A stretch of 62,771 nucleotides of DNA, the filler included, from Sphacelaria rigidula (Eukaryota): assembly GCA_964200075.2 (NCBI GenBank). It is 6 parts of 6 records of this genome, joined end to end, with 100 filler letters (N's around TTAATTAATTAA, not from the genome) between each part and the next. Parts side by side here need not be neighbours in the genome. Positions count along the whole stretch, not along the records: positions 20,959 to 31,337 come from CAXNAA020006613.1; positions 31,438 to 41,815 come from CAXNAA020006614.1; 4 more parts are not named here. One strand, 5' to 3'. Below the pieces are notes generated by a model. It ran no database searches and was not told where the DNA came from. It saw only the letters and a program-made list of their open reading frames with translations. A program made the position numbers and the translations under genes. This document shows, piece by piece, positions 25,519-38,439 of the stretch. Every line of letters begins with the position of its first letter. The first letter of the stretch is position 1.

Positions 25519-27214
25519 GCACACCTCCAGCAACACAAGCACGCTCCGCCGCCACACCACGACGTCAGCAGGCCCAGCCAGCACAACCTACTCGCCAAGC
25601 CGAAGTCCGAGAACCGGATGGCTGGAGCGTCAGGAAAAGCCGCAGCTGGTGCTTGCGCCCGCAAACGAGCGAGTAGCGCCCGTGGCAGCAGCGGCACCGA
25701 AGACCGGCGACCGATTCCGTTGACGCGGCTTGTGGGTGCAGGGGTCGCGCCCAGGAATCACCTGTCGTATTTGGCGATGAGTATAAAAAACGCCGCTATA
25801 TCGAAACGTTGTGGTGGAGCGACCGTCCCCGCGGTAAGCAGCTTCGGTGGGGATTCTGGTGTTTGTAGTGCCATGGCCTAGCGAAGACGGGATTTGCGAT
25901 TCGCCTTGGCAACTGCATATCGCTCTCGCTACACTACAGAGGAAATGGTTCCATATGCCTGGGAAACACTGAACATTCACGAGGTACACACACACGTGCC
26001 GCAGCTATACTACCACGACCCTTGTCCCCAAGCTGCATGTAGGGTCTGCACGAAACCCAAACCAGTCGTGTACTCACCATCCGGAACGTTGTTTTGCAGG
26101 TAGAACCTGGCGATAACAGACAGTGGACCAAGGTCGACACCAACCATCATGTCGGGGGGAACAAGCGGGCTCGACCAACTGTTCCTCCCGCGGCTTCCAA
26201 TCCCAGCAGCGGCAGCAGCAGGACAAACAGCCAAAGTGCACACCGTAAAACGCCAGTTGCCGAAGAATCTAGTGAGACTGCCCTGCCGTCGACACCGTCC
26301 GTTGCCGTACCCAGCCCGTATACGTCGATCAGGACAAAGAACACCATCCGGGGGCCGGGGGCGGTGTCGGGAGATGATCGAGGTGCTGTTGGGAGGAGTG
26401 ATATCTCTGGTGCGTTCTTCCGTGTTTCGTGATCCTCTTGAGGTGTTTGGTCACTCCGACTTTTGCCTCGCCGATGCAATGTGGGTAACGTACCTTGAAA
26501 ACAAGCATGCTGAATTTTTCAACGAGTAATCAAATCACTTTTGTTTTTGGTCTTAATCCGTCGACCAGCAGCTTGTGCGCCATCGGAAAGGATTGTTCCC
26601 CCCGATACCAGCACCAGCGACACCGACAGCACCGACCCAGTTTCCGAGTCGTCAAGCTGCGTTCGTACAGCAGGGGTTCGATCGGCCACGGCGAGCTCCC
26701 AAGCGCGTGATGGACACGCCGAATGGAAGAGCAAGGCGTTGGACTCCATGGAGAAAATGATCAAGAGTGGGGCGACGTTCCAGGGGACATCTGCGAGCCC
26801 CAGGGAAGAACAAGGGAATGCTGCAGGGAGAGTTTCAGGTGTGTGCCGGATTGACGCAGCGTTCGCTGGCCTCTCAGCGATACGTGTGGCCGTCGGGTTC
26901 GCGTGTTGGGTTCCCGCCCACCTCTCATATTGCTTGTCTGCTTGAGGTCGGGAAAGGGGAGATAGCTCAGCTACAACATAGAATGCGAACGACGTCCGAT
27001 ATCCGGAACGGCGTAGCTCTCCGTATCTGTCGAGAGGTTCAACCCTACATTGCTGCCTGCTGCTTTTTTCCCAGGGCCGGGCTCTACCTCGACTAGGAGT
27101 TCCAGCGACACGGTTACGAGCACGAGCGCATCAAACAAGCAGTCCACCTTGCTGTCCTTCTTCACACCCCAACCGGAGAAGGACTTAGTGCGGAGTTCAT
27201 CGCGGACAACGTGA
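23255..27214 (+). CDS. ORC6: Origin recognition complex subunit 6 (5' exon not located; about 539 aa recovered)
   Basis: Phase-compatible AG/GT exons: 23255-23542, 24376-24480, 24923-25003, 25408-25833, 26100-26409, 26569-26838, 27075-27214 (TGA). The translation follows ORC6 TFIIB-like motifs in order (AFDLACRALNCPVPRGTIVKLS; LDLDSTVYAVACVYLCAKKLK; VNKQRLL..EEEFDKVCRSMLDLC) and has the C-terminal ORC6 motif HAEWKSKAL (cf. YEEWKRKIL). Confidence 0.88.
25471..25515 (+). repeat. CAA(CAG)14 coding microsatellite (Q15) in ORC6
   Basis: Read directly; in frame within exon 25408-25833. Confidence 0.95.
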
Positions 27215-30039
27215 CGGCTTCACGAATAGATGGCTTGGAAAGCAGTTGCTCAGTGTTTTTCCGTGCCTTGCCTTTCTTTCCACGTGGATTCTTCGCACCG
27301 AAGCGTCGAAATTCACACGGCTTAGACAGGATCTCATTTGCACCACTGCACTGCTTTGTGCGAAAATTGATCCTGCTTGGTCAGCATTTTCCCGAGGGAA
27401 AAATTCGAGTGATTGAGTAGGTCGGCAGATGAGAATTCATTGGCGGATTCGTCGTGCGTCTCGTGCTGAGACTTTGGATGAAATTGGGTGCTTCAATTCA
27501 CCTTTTTTTTAGTTGACCTAAAGTCTTGTCGAAATTGGACTCTGAGACATGATTCGATATCGCGATTTTCCTCACGAAGCCAATCCGTTCGCTCTCGCTT
27601 TTTGAGTAGCGAGGGATTCACAACGTAGGCGAGCAATACCCGTAGTCGGCGTTGAGATCGAAAGCGTGGGCCATATGCTGTTTAGCGTATCGCGTGTCAT
27701 TCTCCATCATTAAATCACATGATGCCAGGGAAACTCCCGGAGCATACCACACCATTATTTCCGCAGCCCATGATGATTTGGAATTATCTAATCCATTCAA
27801 AAGCTGTCACCTTCGCGGTGCTCCGTTTTTTTGTCAGTAGACACGCCCCCAGAGGATTGGAGGAGCGCCTAGACGTGACTGCTGCGCCCAAGCCTACTTT
27901 TTCTGCACATGACATGGCGAGGAAAACGAGGCGACCAGGCGCTACGTAAAGCCGTACAAATACACAAAAAGAGGAAGGGAAGAGGACGGGGAAATGAGCA
28001 GGGGCTCCACCAACACTGATCATGCCCATGAGATTCAGCAGCTGGGTATCACATCAAGTTATGGGCGCTGCCGGTATCGTCTGTCCTGTGCGCTCGAAAC
28101 AACTGTTGTGCTATTATTGTTGTGACTACCCTGGTTCGCTGGAGGTGCCATTTTCCCCGACGCCCCTGTACAGGCCTAGAATTTCTGGGTTCCTTCACGC
28201 ACGGGGTATCGTTTTTCGAAAAGCGTTGCTATTTTGATTCATAATCTCATTCTTTCACTGATGTAGCTCTGTTGATCCTATCGCGGCCGTTTCCAAGCAT
28301 TCATTTGCCTCTGGGGACGAGGGTGTTCTTGAGGTGCATGCGAAAAAAAGTGAACAATTATCCATTTGCACTCAAAAGCCGACGCTGAAATGACCCCCGG
28401 CCTCTTCCTTGGCCGATCAAACTACTCTCCTGTCGCGAGGTCGGCCACAGATGGGCGAGCGGCCTTCGAACCCAACAGTGCTTTTTCTGCGCTCTACGTT
28501 TGACTTGTCAAATAGAAATACTCCCGTCGGAAGGCCTGAGACAAGTGGACGAGCGATGACCCTCGAACCCGGCATTTGCACCTTCTGCGTATACTCTAGG
28601 TAGCGCCGTCTTTGATTTTTCCCAACTTAACAGTTCCACCCCCAACGAGAGCTAGGTAGCAGTCGGGCGGGTGGCACTCCAACCCACCAGTTCTACCCCT
28701 TCCACGCTCGAGGTGGAACCAGCTTCGCGTCGCCAACCCAGTTAGGTACCTTTACGCATCGTGAGGCCAACGATGGCGGGGTTAGAAGCCTTCCAGCTTG
28801 GCACTTATATCCTCTCCTAGGCTCCAGGTTGCGCTTATTTCAACGTGCCAACCCGCACCTGCGCCCCGATCACGAGGCCATCGACGGCGCGATTGTGGGG
28901 TGCATGACCTTCGAATCCAACATTTGCAGCACAGTACTCGCGGTGGATTCGATGCGCGAACCCAGCCCTGCACTCTCGTCGCGACATCGACCGAAGCCGG
29001 GCGGGTTACCTTCGACCGGACATTTGCACTCTTTACCACCCGCTTCATGCTTGTGCACCGTGTTCTCTAACCTGCACTATAAAGTGTATCCAAACTAGGC
29101 GTAATGGTGGCCGATGCGGGTACCTGTTACTGACGATCACAGAGATCAACCATACGATACTTCGCGTCAGGTGTGAAGTAAAACTAGTATACAGTGTGTA
29201 TACAGCGTGTATCCCGAGCGAGGACGCGAAAATGCAGTATACTGTGCAAGAAGTACCGTGGCACATCCCTTTACCCTTATGTATGTGACCCAGATGTCCA
29301 ATCCACTTGTATTATCGCTCAGCAACTCATACGAACACGACATAGTCGGAGATGATCTTGTGTGAGAGATGAAATAACGTTTTCTCGGGACAAAACATCG
29401 ATTGCTGTTTCGTTTAAACCCTCAGTGGCCAGGTTACAGGTCACATCCACGACACATGTTTTTTTCGTGTCCAGATCTTGTCAAAACACCTGAAAGATTC
29501 AATGCCTCTTGCATCGGCCGTTGGTCCTTCTGAGCAGGAGCGAAACGAACGCGACTGGAGACACGCACAAACACCTGCAGGATTCACCCATTGGCGCCGA
29601 CGTTGTCGTTACTCATCAACGCGCAACAGTCGTGACTTTGGGTACATACAGTCAGTTTTCATTTCATCAGCCCCTTTTTGTAGACCCATGGTCGCAAGAA
29701 AGAATGTTCGCACCGGCAACCACGCGAATACATCGCATTTTTGGTGGGGGGGGGATATCCCACCACCGTGGCGAGCTGCAGGCGGTACTTTTGCTACGTT
29801 GAAATAATACACCATCAGAACCTGAACTTGAATGGAAAAACCTGAGCAACGGCGTACCAGCAAGCAACCATGAAAGACGCTTTCTACGGTACCCCCCTCC
29901 CCCCAAGGGAAAAAAAAGTGACTGCTTTGGGGAGGCGAAGTGTACGCAAGCATCAAAATGAAGAAAGCCGAGCACACCGATCAGCTGGAAATTCCCGCGC
30001 TTGGATTCGTTTTCGTCAGTGTCGCCTACATGAGGCGCT

Positions 30040-30900
30040 TCATGCAGCCTGAAACCAAACATCAGGCGCTGTTTGACCCTTCTTTTCCGTGACGATTCTA
30101 GGCTGGTTTTATGGGGGGCCATCGTAGAACGACCCGGAATCACCAGGAAAAAAAGTGTTACGCATATCTACACATGAAGAAATAATTGATACACAGAGGA
30201 AACCTAAGAGGGAAGGAAGGAAGAGTGGGAAACAAGAAATGAAAAAAGAGCAGACAGAAGCACACATATCACGAAATGACCGTATGGAACCACAACCAAT
30301 CAGGACAGAGGAGAACAAACGGCAAACAACGACGAAAAAACAAAAGCCCTAGGGCCGAAGCTCACGAGAGTAGGGCGGCGCACGCACTACACGAAGTTGA
30401 CCGGGATTTTGAATGTGTTTGACTCCCACGCTGCCTTGAGCAAAGTTTCCTGAGCGCACGAGGCGCCTACCCCACATGACTGCCGCGAGGCGGTCTAGCC
30501 GAGCGTTCGGGTAATCAGCGCATGGAGCCGTTCGCGGGGTGTAAGTGTTGGGTGAGATTTCCTCCCCCAAAGAACAAGAAAACAAGCAACGAAAAACGAA
30601 AAGCAGATAATTCCGAAGGGCAGCAAGAAGAGCAGAGGAAGGCAAACAAAGCAAACAGAGCAGACAGCACCAGCGCGTACCATACCGCTCGGTCGGAGGC
30701 AGATGGGGTACATCCACTTCGTCAGGTCGTTTGTCTGGTTGTCTGTCATTCTCTCTCCCATGTATTTTGTCACTAAAGCAGCGGCTTTCTCCTCTGATTG
30801 TCTTCGTCTTCCCCGTGTCGTGTGTCACTAGCGGCTTTCTCCCTCATCGCTCCTGTCGCCACCAATGTCGTCGCCCCGTTGTACACCTAGTCGCCCCGGC
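30040..30900 (-). mobile_element. Probable LINE-like 3' region fragment
   Basis: Minus strand shows long T/C-rich UTR-like blocks separated by GC-rich segments. Family assignment is by resemblance only. Confidence 0.3.
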
Positions 30901-31244
30901 CAGCAAGTGGAGGAAGGCACGCGGTATCCATGTAGTTCAATCAACAAAACGCTGTAAAAAGTTGCAGCACTCAATTTTTGGACGTGCCGTTTCGGTTGTT
31001 CTTTTTGGGCAGATCCATACCACATTAAAGCACATCGTTCCCAGCTGCCGAACAGCGGTGAACCGCTTAAGTATGGTTCGTTGGAGTGAGAAGGTGCGTC
31101 AAGGTGATACGTGGTTCTGTTGCAGGTCTACGACACAAATTTACGTGAGCCGCCCGTGAAACGCTATCTTGTGTTCCGCCGAAAACCTGATTTTTGAAAG
31201 GCCCATCCCGACTTATGTGCACCCTTCTTGAGCCGGGGGGCGGC

Positions 31245-31275
<31 letters not shown>

Positions 31276-31337
31276 GGGGGTTTTTCTAACGTGGTTTCTT
31301 ACCACTTGGGCCTCCCCACCAAAGGAAGCCGGGGGGG

Positions 31338-31437
31338 NNNNNNNNNNNNNNNNNNNNNNNNNNNNNNNNNNNNNNNNNNNNTTAATTAATTAANNNNNNN
31401 NNNNNNNNNNNNNNNNNNNNNNNNNNNNNNNNNNNNN
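31338..31437. other. Artificial contig spacer
   Basis: Same 100-bp N/TTAATTAATTAA linker. Confidence 0.98.
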
Positions 31438-31496
31438 CAAACGTCCCAAAAGTGAACAATCCGTGGGCCTAAAACCTGTGTGCCAAAACTTTCGGC

Positions 31497-31693
31497 CACA
31501 CGTCTCGGACACTTTGCACCGCCCCACAGAGAAGAGCCTAGTCTCTGAACCTAACTGGCGAGGGTCGGCAAGCACAGATTTTTGCGCACGAGTTTTTGTT
31601 CAGCAGCCAACTTCGAAACCTCGGAGCCAAGCGAATCTGAAAAGCAGACGCGGCTCCTCTCTGTGGGGTGATGCAAAGTGTCCGAGACGTGTG
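31497..31693. repeat. Foldback/MITE inverted repeat
   Basis: CACACGTCTCGGACACTTTGCACCGCCCCACAGAG versus CTCTGTGGGGTGATGCAAAGTGTCCGAGACGTGTG. Confidence 0.8.
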
Positions 31694-32839
31694 TTGGCGG
31701 TTTCCCTGTTTGGGGGTCAGAAGGTGGGTCAAAGGGTATGACATATCTACCATAGGGTGTGCACCTGTGTCGTTTTTCGTCATCATCCATCAAGTAGTGA
31801 TGGAGCGTTTTTTTCGTTAGAACATGGCGATGTAGACGGGGCATGGACAACAGTTTGGCCGATGGGTGCCACCCACTACAGCCGCCAGCGCAGTAGTTGC
31901 AGCCAACGAGGGACCGCAAGAAGTGACGAGGATCAACTGCGCTACGTAATCAAACATCTTCTGAGCAAGTGGAATTTCCTCATTTCATCCGGTGAGTGGC
32001 AAGGTCGATGCCCACAGCGGCAGGTGTGCACTGTACAGACATCAGTCGGCACCCGTATGTCCCCGCCGAGAAGCGAGTGCACCCAAGTCCCTTTGATCAA
32101 AGGTCTGCAACGCCTGCGCCATCTCGTTCTGTATATAGTTGGCCGACGCTGTGCAAATTTTGGGGTCAATCGACGTGTGCAGTGTGGAGAACGGCGTGTA
32201 ATTTTGAAATTGACCCCTGCAGGATCTTGCGGCATCATCCACGACCCTGCCAAACGGTGAAACGAGACCTCATTTTCGCTAGTTTGCAGGCACGAGAAGT
32301 GCAGCCGTATCGTGCTGCGTTTGAATGCTAGATTGTGAGGTCATACGTTTTGCAGGCTTCATGTCCTTGTAGACTTCGCGTCGTGTATCGTGTATGTGTG
32401 TTGTATCGCTTACCATTTGTATTGGGGTGAAGTGGTCCGTCTATGTAGTGCTGTAGTGTACTGTCATGTTCTGACATAGTACTTTACTGTTGTACTACAG
32501 GTGCTGCACCAAACGTGAAGGGCAATCGCCGAAAGACCGATACCGCTTGCATTTTCGCCAAAATCCGGTGTAGCTGAAGATGAACTTCAGAAATGCAACA
32601 TGTGCTGCCACCTGATTGACGAAATCACGCCGCCAATGGACTCTGGCGAAAATGCAAGCGGTATAACGGTTTGGCAATTAATTGCCCAAAATAGCGACCA
32701 AAGCATCGCCGACTCTGCGCGATAGCACCGAAGGTATGTGCTCACGGCATCGCGCCGTAGATGTCCCACGCTTTCCGATCCATGTCGGTGCATGTCCACG
32801 GGAGTTGATTTTTGCTCTCGTTCGCCCAATTCAGGTGTG

Positions 32840-33230
32840 AATGATCTCCTCTGCGTAACATGCAGGACATTCTTGATCATTGATTTACGCACATGCGAGC
32901 TGGGCTGGGTTCGCGCAGGAACCCGACGAAGGAGCAGGCCATGTCCACGGTGCGCCATGGCAACTTGGTGGGTACCTTTCATGGGGAACAGCGCCAGAAT
33001 GCACCCCGCAGGGACCCGAACCGGGGCAACATCGACTTCCTGGCTGATCTGGGAGGGACGGGAGCGGTATCGGTGTTGTCTCACCAACGCTGCCGAGGGA
33101 AAGACGCCGCTAACATCTCCGACTGGGACTGTGTCGCCCATGTGACTGGACCCAGGGGGATGAATTAGATTACACCGGAGGACACGTCCCGGTCCCCACG
33201 GGCCAGTAGTCGTAGTAGCAACTTGTGATG
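32840..33230 (+). pseudogene. Possible 2OG-Fe(II) dioxygenase (TET/JBP/AlkB-like) relic
   Basis: QNAP[R]RDPNRGNIDFLADLGGTGAVSVL (one transition CAC>CGC from HxD). After a frameshift, GDELDYTGGHVPVPTG supplies a distal His about 60 aa later. Speculative. Confidence 0.25.
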
Positions 33231-35899
33231 GGGGAGTCATCTTGGCCGGCAAGTGCGTTTGGATACGGGTGGAGTTCACGCATAGTTCGCCATAGCGCGT
33301 GGACTACGAGTGAGTTGTCGATATAGCTTTGCCGACGCAATCTGTCTTTTTTTTGGTGATGCCAGGGTTAAGGATTCCATCAGTGTGGGTAGAAGACTTT
33401 TTATGGGGACGAATCTCGATTCTGTCCGGACCCCAATCTGTGAGGAATTGGGGGGATCATGTTGGCTAAAGTCAGATCCGTGGGGACGTTTTTTAGTCTC
33501 AGATCTGTGAGGTAGTTTTATACACGGACGGTCATTTTTGAATGAGTGTGGTATCACGTACTAGTGAAGCCGAAGAAGAGCAGGCAGACGGTGAATCAAC
33601 CTTCGAGTACAGTGTCGGACCATGGTACCCTCCATCACCACCGTAATACACGGTAATGCCGTGTGGTGATAAATGATGGCACAGTCGCGGTATTGCGAGA
33701 AGAGTAAACAGTGCGCAACAAAGGTTCAGTAGTGCAGTGCCGTACATCACCCTGCAAGTACAGCGACAACAGAGAAAACAGTATAGTACTGTTGGTTATG
33801 GTGATACATACGGCAGCGCGGTGCAGCTGAAACATTACCATCGCCGTCGAGTGCGGTGTCAACACTTCTTATCCGCTTGTCAAACCCATGCGAAGTTTCT
33901 GCAGCAGCCGGCGGAGAGGCACGGCCTGCGCTGTCGCAAGGCTGTCTGCTGCTGTGGTCGCAAAATATCAGACATATGTTGCCCTGTCGCCGTACGTCAC
34001 TGCACGTACGTCACTTCGTACAGATTGGGTTAACCTCAACTTTCCCCCGATTTTTCGCCAAATCGGGGGAAAATGTTTTCAATCCGTGACATTCTCGGTT
34101 TGAGCTTCCCCGATCTGGTCCACATTGGGGTGCGTATAATGCGTTTCCCGATTTGAGGTTCCCCGATCTACGTACAGGTCGAGATTTGGTGACTGCCAGT
34201 AAAACCAGTCTTACCCCTCGCGCCTATAGCGACAGATCAGCCTATAACTGCCCAAGTCGGCTACGTTATGATGAATGGAGTACACCGGGAAGTTGCGGGT
34301 CGTGGTTAACACTCTGTTTCTTTCTGTTGCACGCGGTTCCATCGTAGATGTTTATTATGCATCTCGCTGTATGTTTCCGTGTCTGTAATTGCGTCGGCGA
34401 CATCGCGAGCATGAGCACGTTGGTATGCCTGCTGTGGCCGGTGCTACCTCCGTAGACTTATTTTGATTCATGTCTAGCCGCCTGATGCCACTTGCTATGT
34501 CCAAGAGGTGAAACACACGTAAAAAACTGCCTCGTTGGTCCTGCAGGGTCATTTCACGCCGGTAAAGAGGTCGAGGCAGGTGTTTGCACCTTGAAATTAC
34601 TTGCCACGGTTGCTGACACGCTTCGTAGACATGGTTTCGTTATCCGGTTGCGATTATTTTTACGATTGCGTTTCCATCATCAAACGGTCACGTCGACAAG
34701 AACCTGACAGTTTCGTGTTGCATTTTCAGTGTCGGCTCCAATATTGTTCAGAAAAAAGTTGTGGGAAGAAAATCAACTGCTGCCATCTGAAGATTCCGGG
34801 GTGTATTGGCGCAGTCTTTTTTCCGGGGCAACATCCGCTTCCGAGGTAAGCCAGCCTCGGACTGGATATGCGCGGTGCAGGTCCATACTTAATTCACACT
34901 CGAGGGTCGGAATTTCGAATTCGACGTACATAATGGGCACCGCGTGATAGCTGAAATGGTTCGGGTTATGAACACTTCGTTTCGCCATGAGTTAGGCGAC
35001 GCAAACGAGATCCCTTCTTCACGACAATATCCGAAAGGCATGAAACAATTAACAATATATATATATGTATATGTTGTCAAGCTCTTTTCATTCTCCATAC
35101 CAAATGTGAGAATCTGAACCTCAAGGTGGAGATGATGATGGGCGCTTCACAGTGTGGACATGCCGATTTTCGAAACGGTTTTATGTAGGCCATCCACCAC
35201 CCCCGTTTTGTGATTGTTCTTCAACATGCTATCTGGAGAATCGCTAGGGCGTGGTAAGCATGAACGAAAATGTCCCACGTGAGTTATTCTTCATGAGTTG
35301 GGGACCTCCTAGTGTAGCAATGACAGTGTAATGCCGATGACATTCTTAGCTCACGAAGCAACACCCAAAAAATGAAGACCCGCCTGGACGGTGTTTACCA
35401 TGTGCCCTTGCAATTCGCCCTACAAATGTTTGAAAAGCAGGGAAACTGATTAGAGTGGGAAAAGCTATGCACATTCACCACGGAGCTATCCTTCGCTCAA
35501 TTTTCCATGCCCCTCAACCCTCCTTTTCTGTATTGCCTCCAACATCCCCTGCCAGAGTTGAAAACACCGCCAGTTTTGTGACACTCGAAAGTGAAATTTA
35601 GTGCGTGTTGTGTGCGGGCACGTGAGATGTTGAGCCTAATGTGAAAAATATGAACGTCATATCCCGAGGGAAGTAAAGAAGTTAGGTGCAAGCGCGGGTA
35701 TCGATCCTTCGCCCGTGTTGCATGAAAAAATTAACGCCAACAGTCATCACTCCTATACGCGCCGATAGTGGTTCAGAATATACTTGAGTTACATTCCATC
35801 TCCGCACGTATGTAGCGTTACGCCAAGAAGAGAAATCAAGATTGTTTGTGTTCGCCGCTTACTCAAGGTATTGTGTATGCTTAAAAGCAATGGCCATTT

Positions 35900-37450
35900 C
35901 ACACAATAAACTTGGATGTGGAGATCTTCCGCACGAGAACTGTGAGAGCTTAGATACATTTTCAGGCTGGCCCAGCTCGTGCAGCCATTTCGGTCTAAAT
36001 GAGGATATTTATCGCGTACTACTGTCGGACTCGGTGATCTTCAACAGCTTTCCTAGCGTGTCGTTGTTCATCGCACTGAACGCTCGACCTCAAGATGTGG
36101 GGATGGGCAGATACTACGCGCCCGTTCCACATCCCGAAACAAAATGAAAGATTTCCGCTTCTTGTTGCAGGACTGCCTGAACAATTTTTCCATGGGAACT
36201 GATCTGTATTCGTACAGACGTGATGATTTCAGACCATCTGCACGCGATTTTCTCCCGTGGTTTGATTTCAAGGACTCCGGTACTACGGGCAATGTTTTGC
36301 GGGTAGCTGTGAGAAGACCATATCAAATCTCCGATTCTCTGGACGTTGCCTTTTGACATGCCAGGCTCATGTTGAACCCCGGACAATCCCGAATCCGTAC
36401 AGATTTTGGGCACAGATCTGTATGGATTCGGAAGTGCCCCGGTTTGATCGAAAAGGTAACACTCAATGTGGAGATAGCTGATGCCATTTTGTCACATGTA
36501 GCCGAAAAATACTCCACGAGAAAAAGTCGCCTAAACAGGAAGTGAAATTCTTAATTCCGTATAACTACAGGGGTATTTTTGGCCATTTTTTATCAGCGAC
36601 ACTTACTTATTTCCAGATCTCGCGCAATAAACAGCTGCAGAAATTACAGGAGTCTGTGAGAGAGGTATGCTACGGTTGGGGTGCACCTTTTTCGCAAAAT
36701 CTTGTCTGGTTCAGGGGCTCCTAACCGTTCTAGATGCACAAGAATATGGGTCGGGGTATCCCCGCTTGCAAATTGCATTCGAGATGTCCCTAGCACATTG
36801 AAATAGTAATCCTGGCGTGCTCTCACATATTTCATAACTCCGAACAATTCTAAGCTCAGAAATATTCGTGCACCCCAACCGTAGCATCACTCAACATTTG
36901 TCAAGAGAGTGATCAGGATTGATTCACGACCCCTGATCTGCACGGAACTCGGTTCGGAAAATATCACCGTCGGGTATTTTCCCGAATCATGTGCCGTGGC
37001 ATTCGTCCCTCGCACTCGAAAGTTCTGGCGTCGACAGATTTTTGAAAATTAAGCAAGTGGTGCTCGGGACTCTACCCATCGCCCCGTATTATCGTGGCAA
37101 TATGGAGTACGAATGCCGTGTATAAGGTGGGTGTTATCGGCCATCAGTGGTGCCATAAACACGATTTCCCGGCTATTGAGCGACGAACAGTAGACTACAG
37201 CAACAATGCCCAGTATTTGCTCCAGCCCACGAGAATGATCGGGATTGTTTAAATCAAACGAAAACGCCAAAATGTGAAAACCCGGGGCTGCAAAGTCGCA
37301 GGACGCCCGAGGGCCGGTCAGCCCATGGGTCGTCCGATATTGTACATCGATGATCCTCACTACGCTGTGTTGCGCAAATATATCCTGGTCCCCAATCTTC
37401 GGGAGGAATCGTGCACTGCGATAGGCGGTCGTAGGCGAGGAAAACCTGTT
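35900..37450 (+). pseudogene. Decayed reverse transcriptase region of a DIRS-type retroelement
   Basis: RT-like motifs in order: IRIDSRPL (about 36910), VGYF..VAFVPRTRKFW (about 36970-37030), WQYGVRMP..W (about 37095), ILYIDD (YIDD at 37343-37354). Frameshifted and split by a MITE. Confidence 0.6.
36667..36887. mobile_element. MITE (221 bp) inserted in the RT relic
   Basis: Perfect 20-bp TIR ATGCTACGGTTGGGGTGCAC. A related partial copy lies at about 60215-60317. Confidence 0.85.
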
Positions 37451-38439
37451 GGGAATCGCGGAAAAAACGATGAAGGAAAAAACGATTGAAGTGGAACCGA
37501 CTCTGTTTCACACGATGTACCGTGCGTGCAATATCCGTCTTGAGGATAAACGCTCATCTTCAAATGTCCCAATATGAAACACGTGGGAGTTATTATGCAC
37601 AACTTATGCAAACCAGCCCCAATTCCTTGGTGATTTCTTGCGCATGACAGCTCGCCACTTGAACATCTACCGTAGCAAGTGCGACGTGCTCCGAGATTTT
37701 GGTAGCCGAGATATATATCCGGTGGCTGTCGTGCCACTTCTGAAACGTATCAGTTACCCCTAGTGGTAACGGTGCATCCCACACGCATGCCCTATACACA
37801 CAGCTGTCACTAAAGTTCACAGACACACTACTTGAGCGACACGTCAGAAAACAAGGCACACCACGCTAACCCTAACCACAGACGCGAATCAAGCGTGGCC
37901 ATGCGTACATTTGTCGTGGGTGAACCTTACATCGCCGTACTGTTCACACTATCGAGAAGACAAAATAAAAGTCACCAGACATAGGGTTCCCTCTACCGTG
38001 GCGAACCTACGTCGACATCCACGGCTTCCATGGCCGATGCTGCCTGGACGTCGTCGAAATTCTCCAACACTTCATTGCCCTCCCCAGGAGTAACAATCCC
38101 CGGCACCAGGTGATGAAGCTGCGCTCATGGGCGTATTTTTTGGGCCTTCCTCTGAACCTTCAGGCTACCCACCAGCACCTGGGTGTGGTCCCTCAACAGG
38201 CCGACTGTGAGCTTCCCGAAGGACACCTCGGTCAACTTCACCGCAAGCAGAGCTGCCTTCGCGCCAGCGCGATTCTGTCAGTGCCACCCGAAGCACCACC
38301 GCCACCCCTGTTCGCAGGCAGCGCTTCAGGCTTGGCGGCAACGGGGGCGGCCTTCAACGTTGCACACAGAGCCTGCCGCGTGACTGTCTCTCTCCTAATC
38401 GCCTGCAATAATCGGCGAATCGCACGTTGTGAAACGTCT

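Noticed and set aside
25362-25697. Poly-Cys and poly-Ala ORFs
   Set aside because: Alternative frames of the ORC6 (CAG)14 tract.
27140-27180. CRL4-Cdt2 PIP degron in ORC6
   Set aside because: It lacks TD at positions 5-6 and a basic residue at +4 (the sequence is FF-TPQP), so it is a plain PIP box at most.
32587-33279. 230-aa minus-strand ORF as a real gene (AlkB-like LSLGS motif in a neighbouring frame)
   Set aside because: Its 3' part runs into a MITE and no HxD is correctly placed; the + strand reading looks more protein-like.
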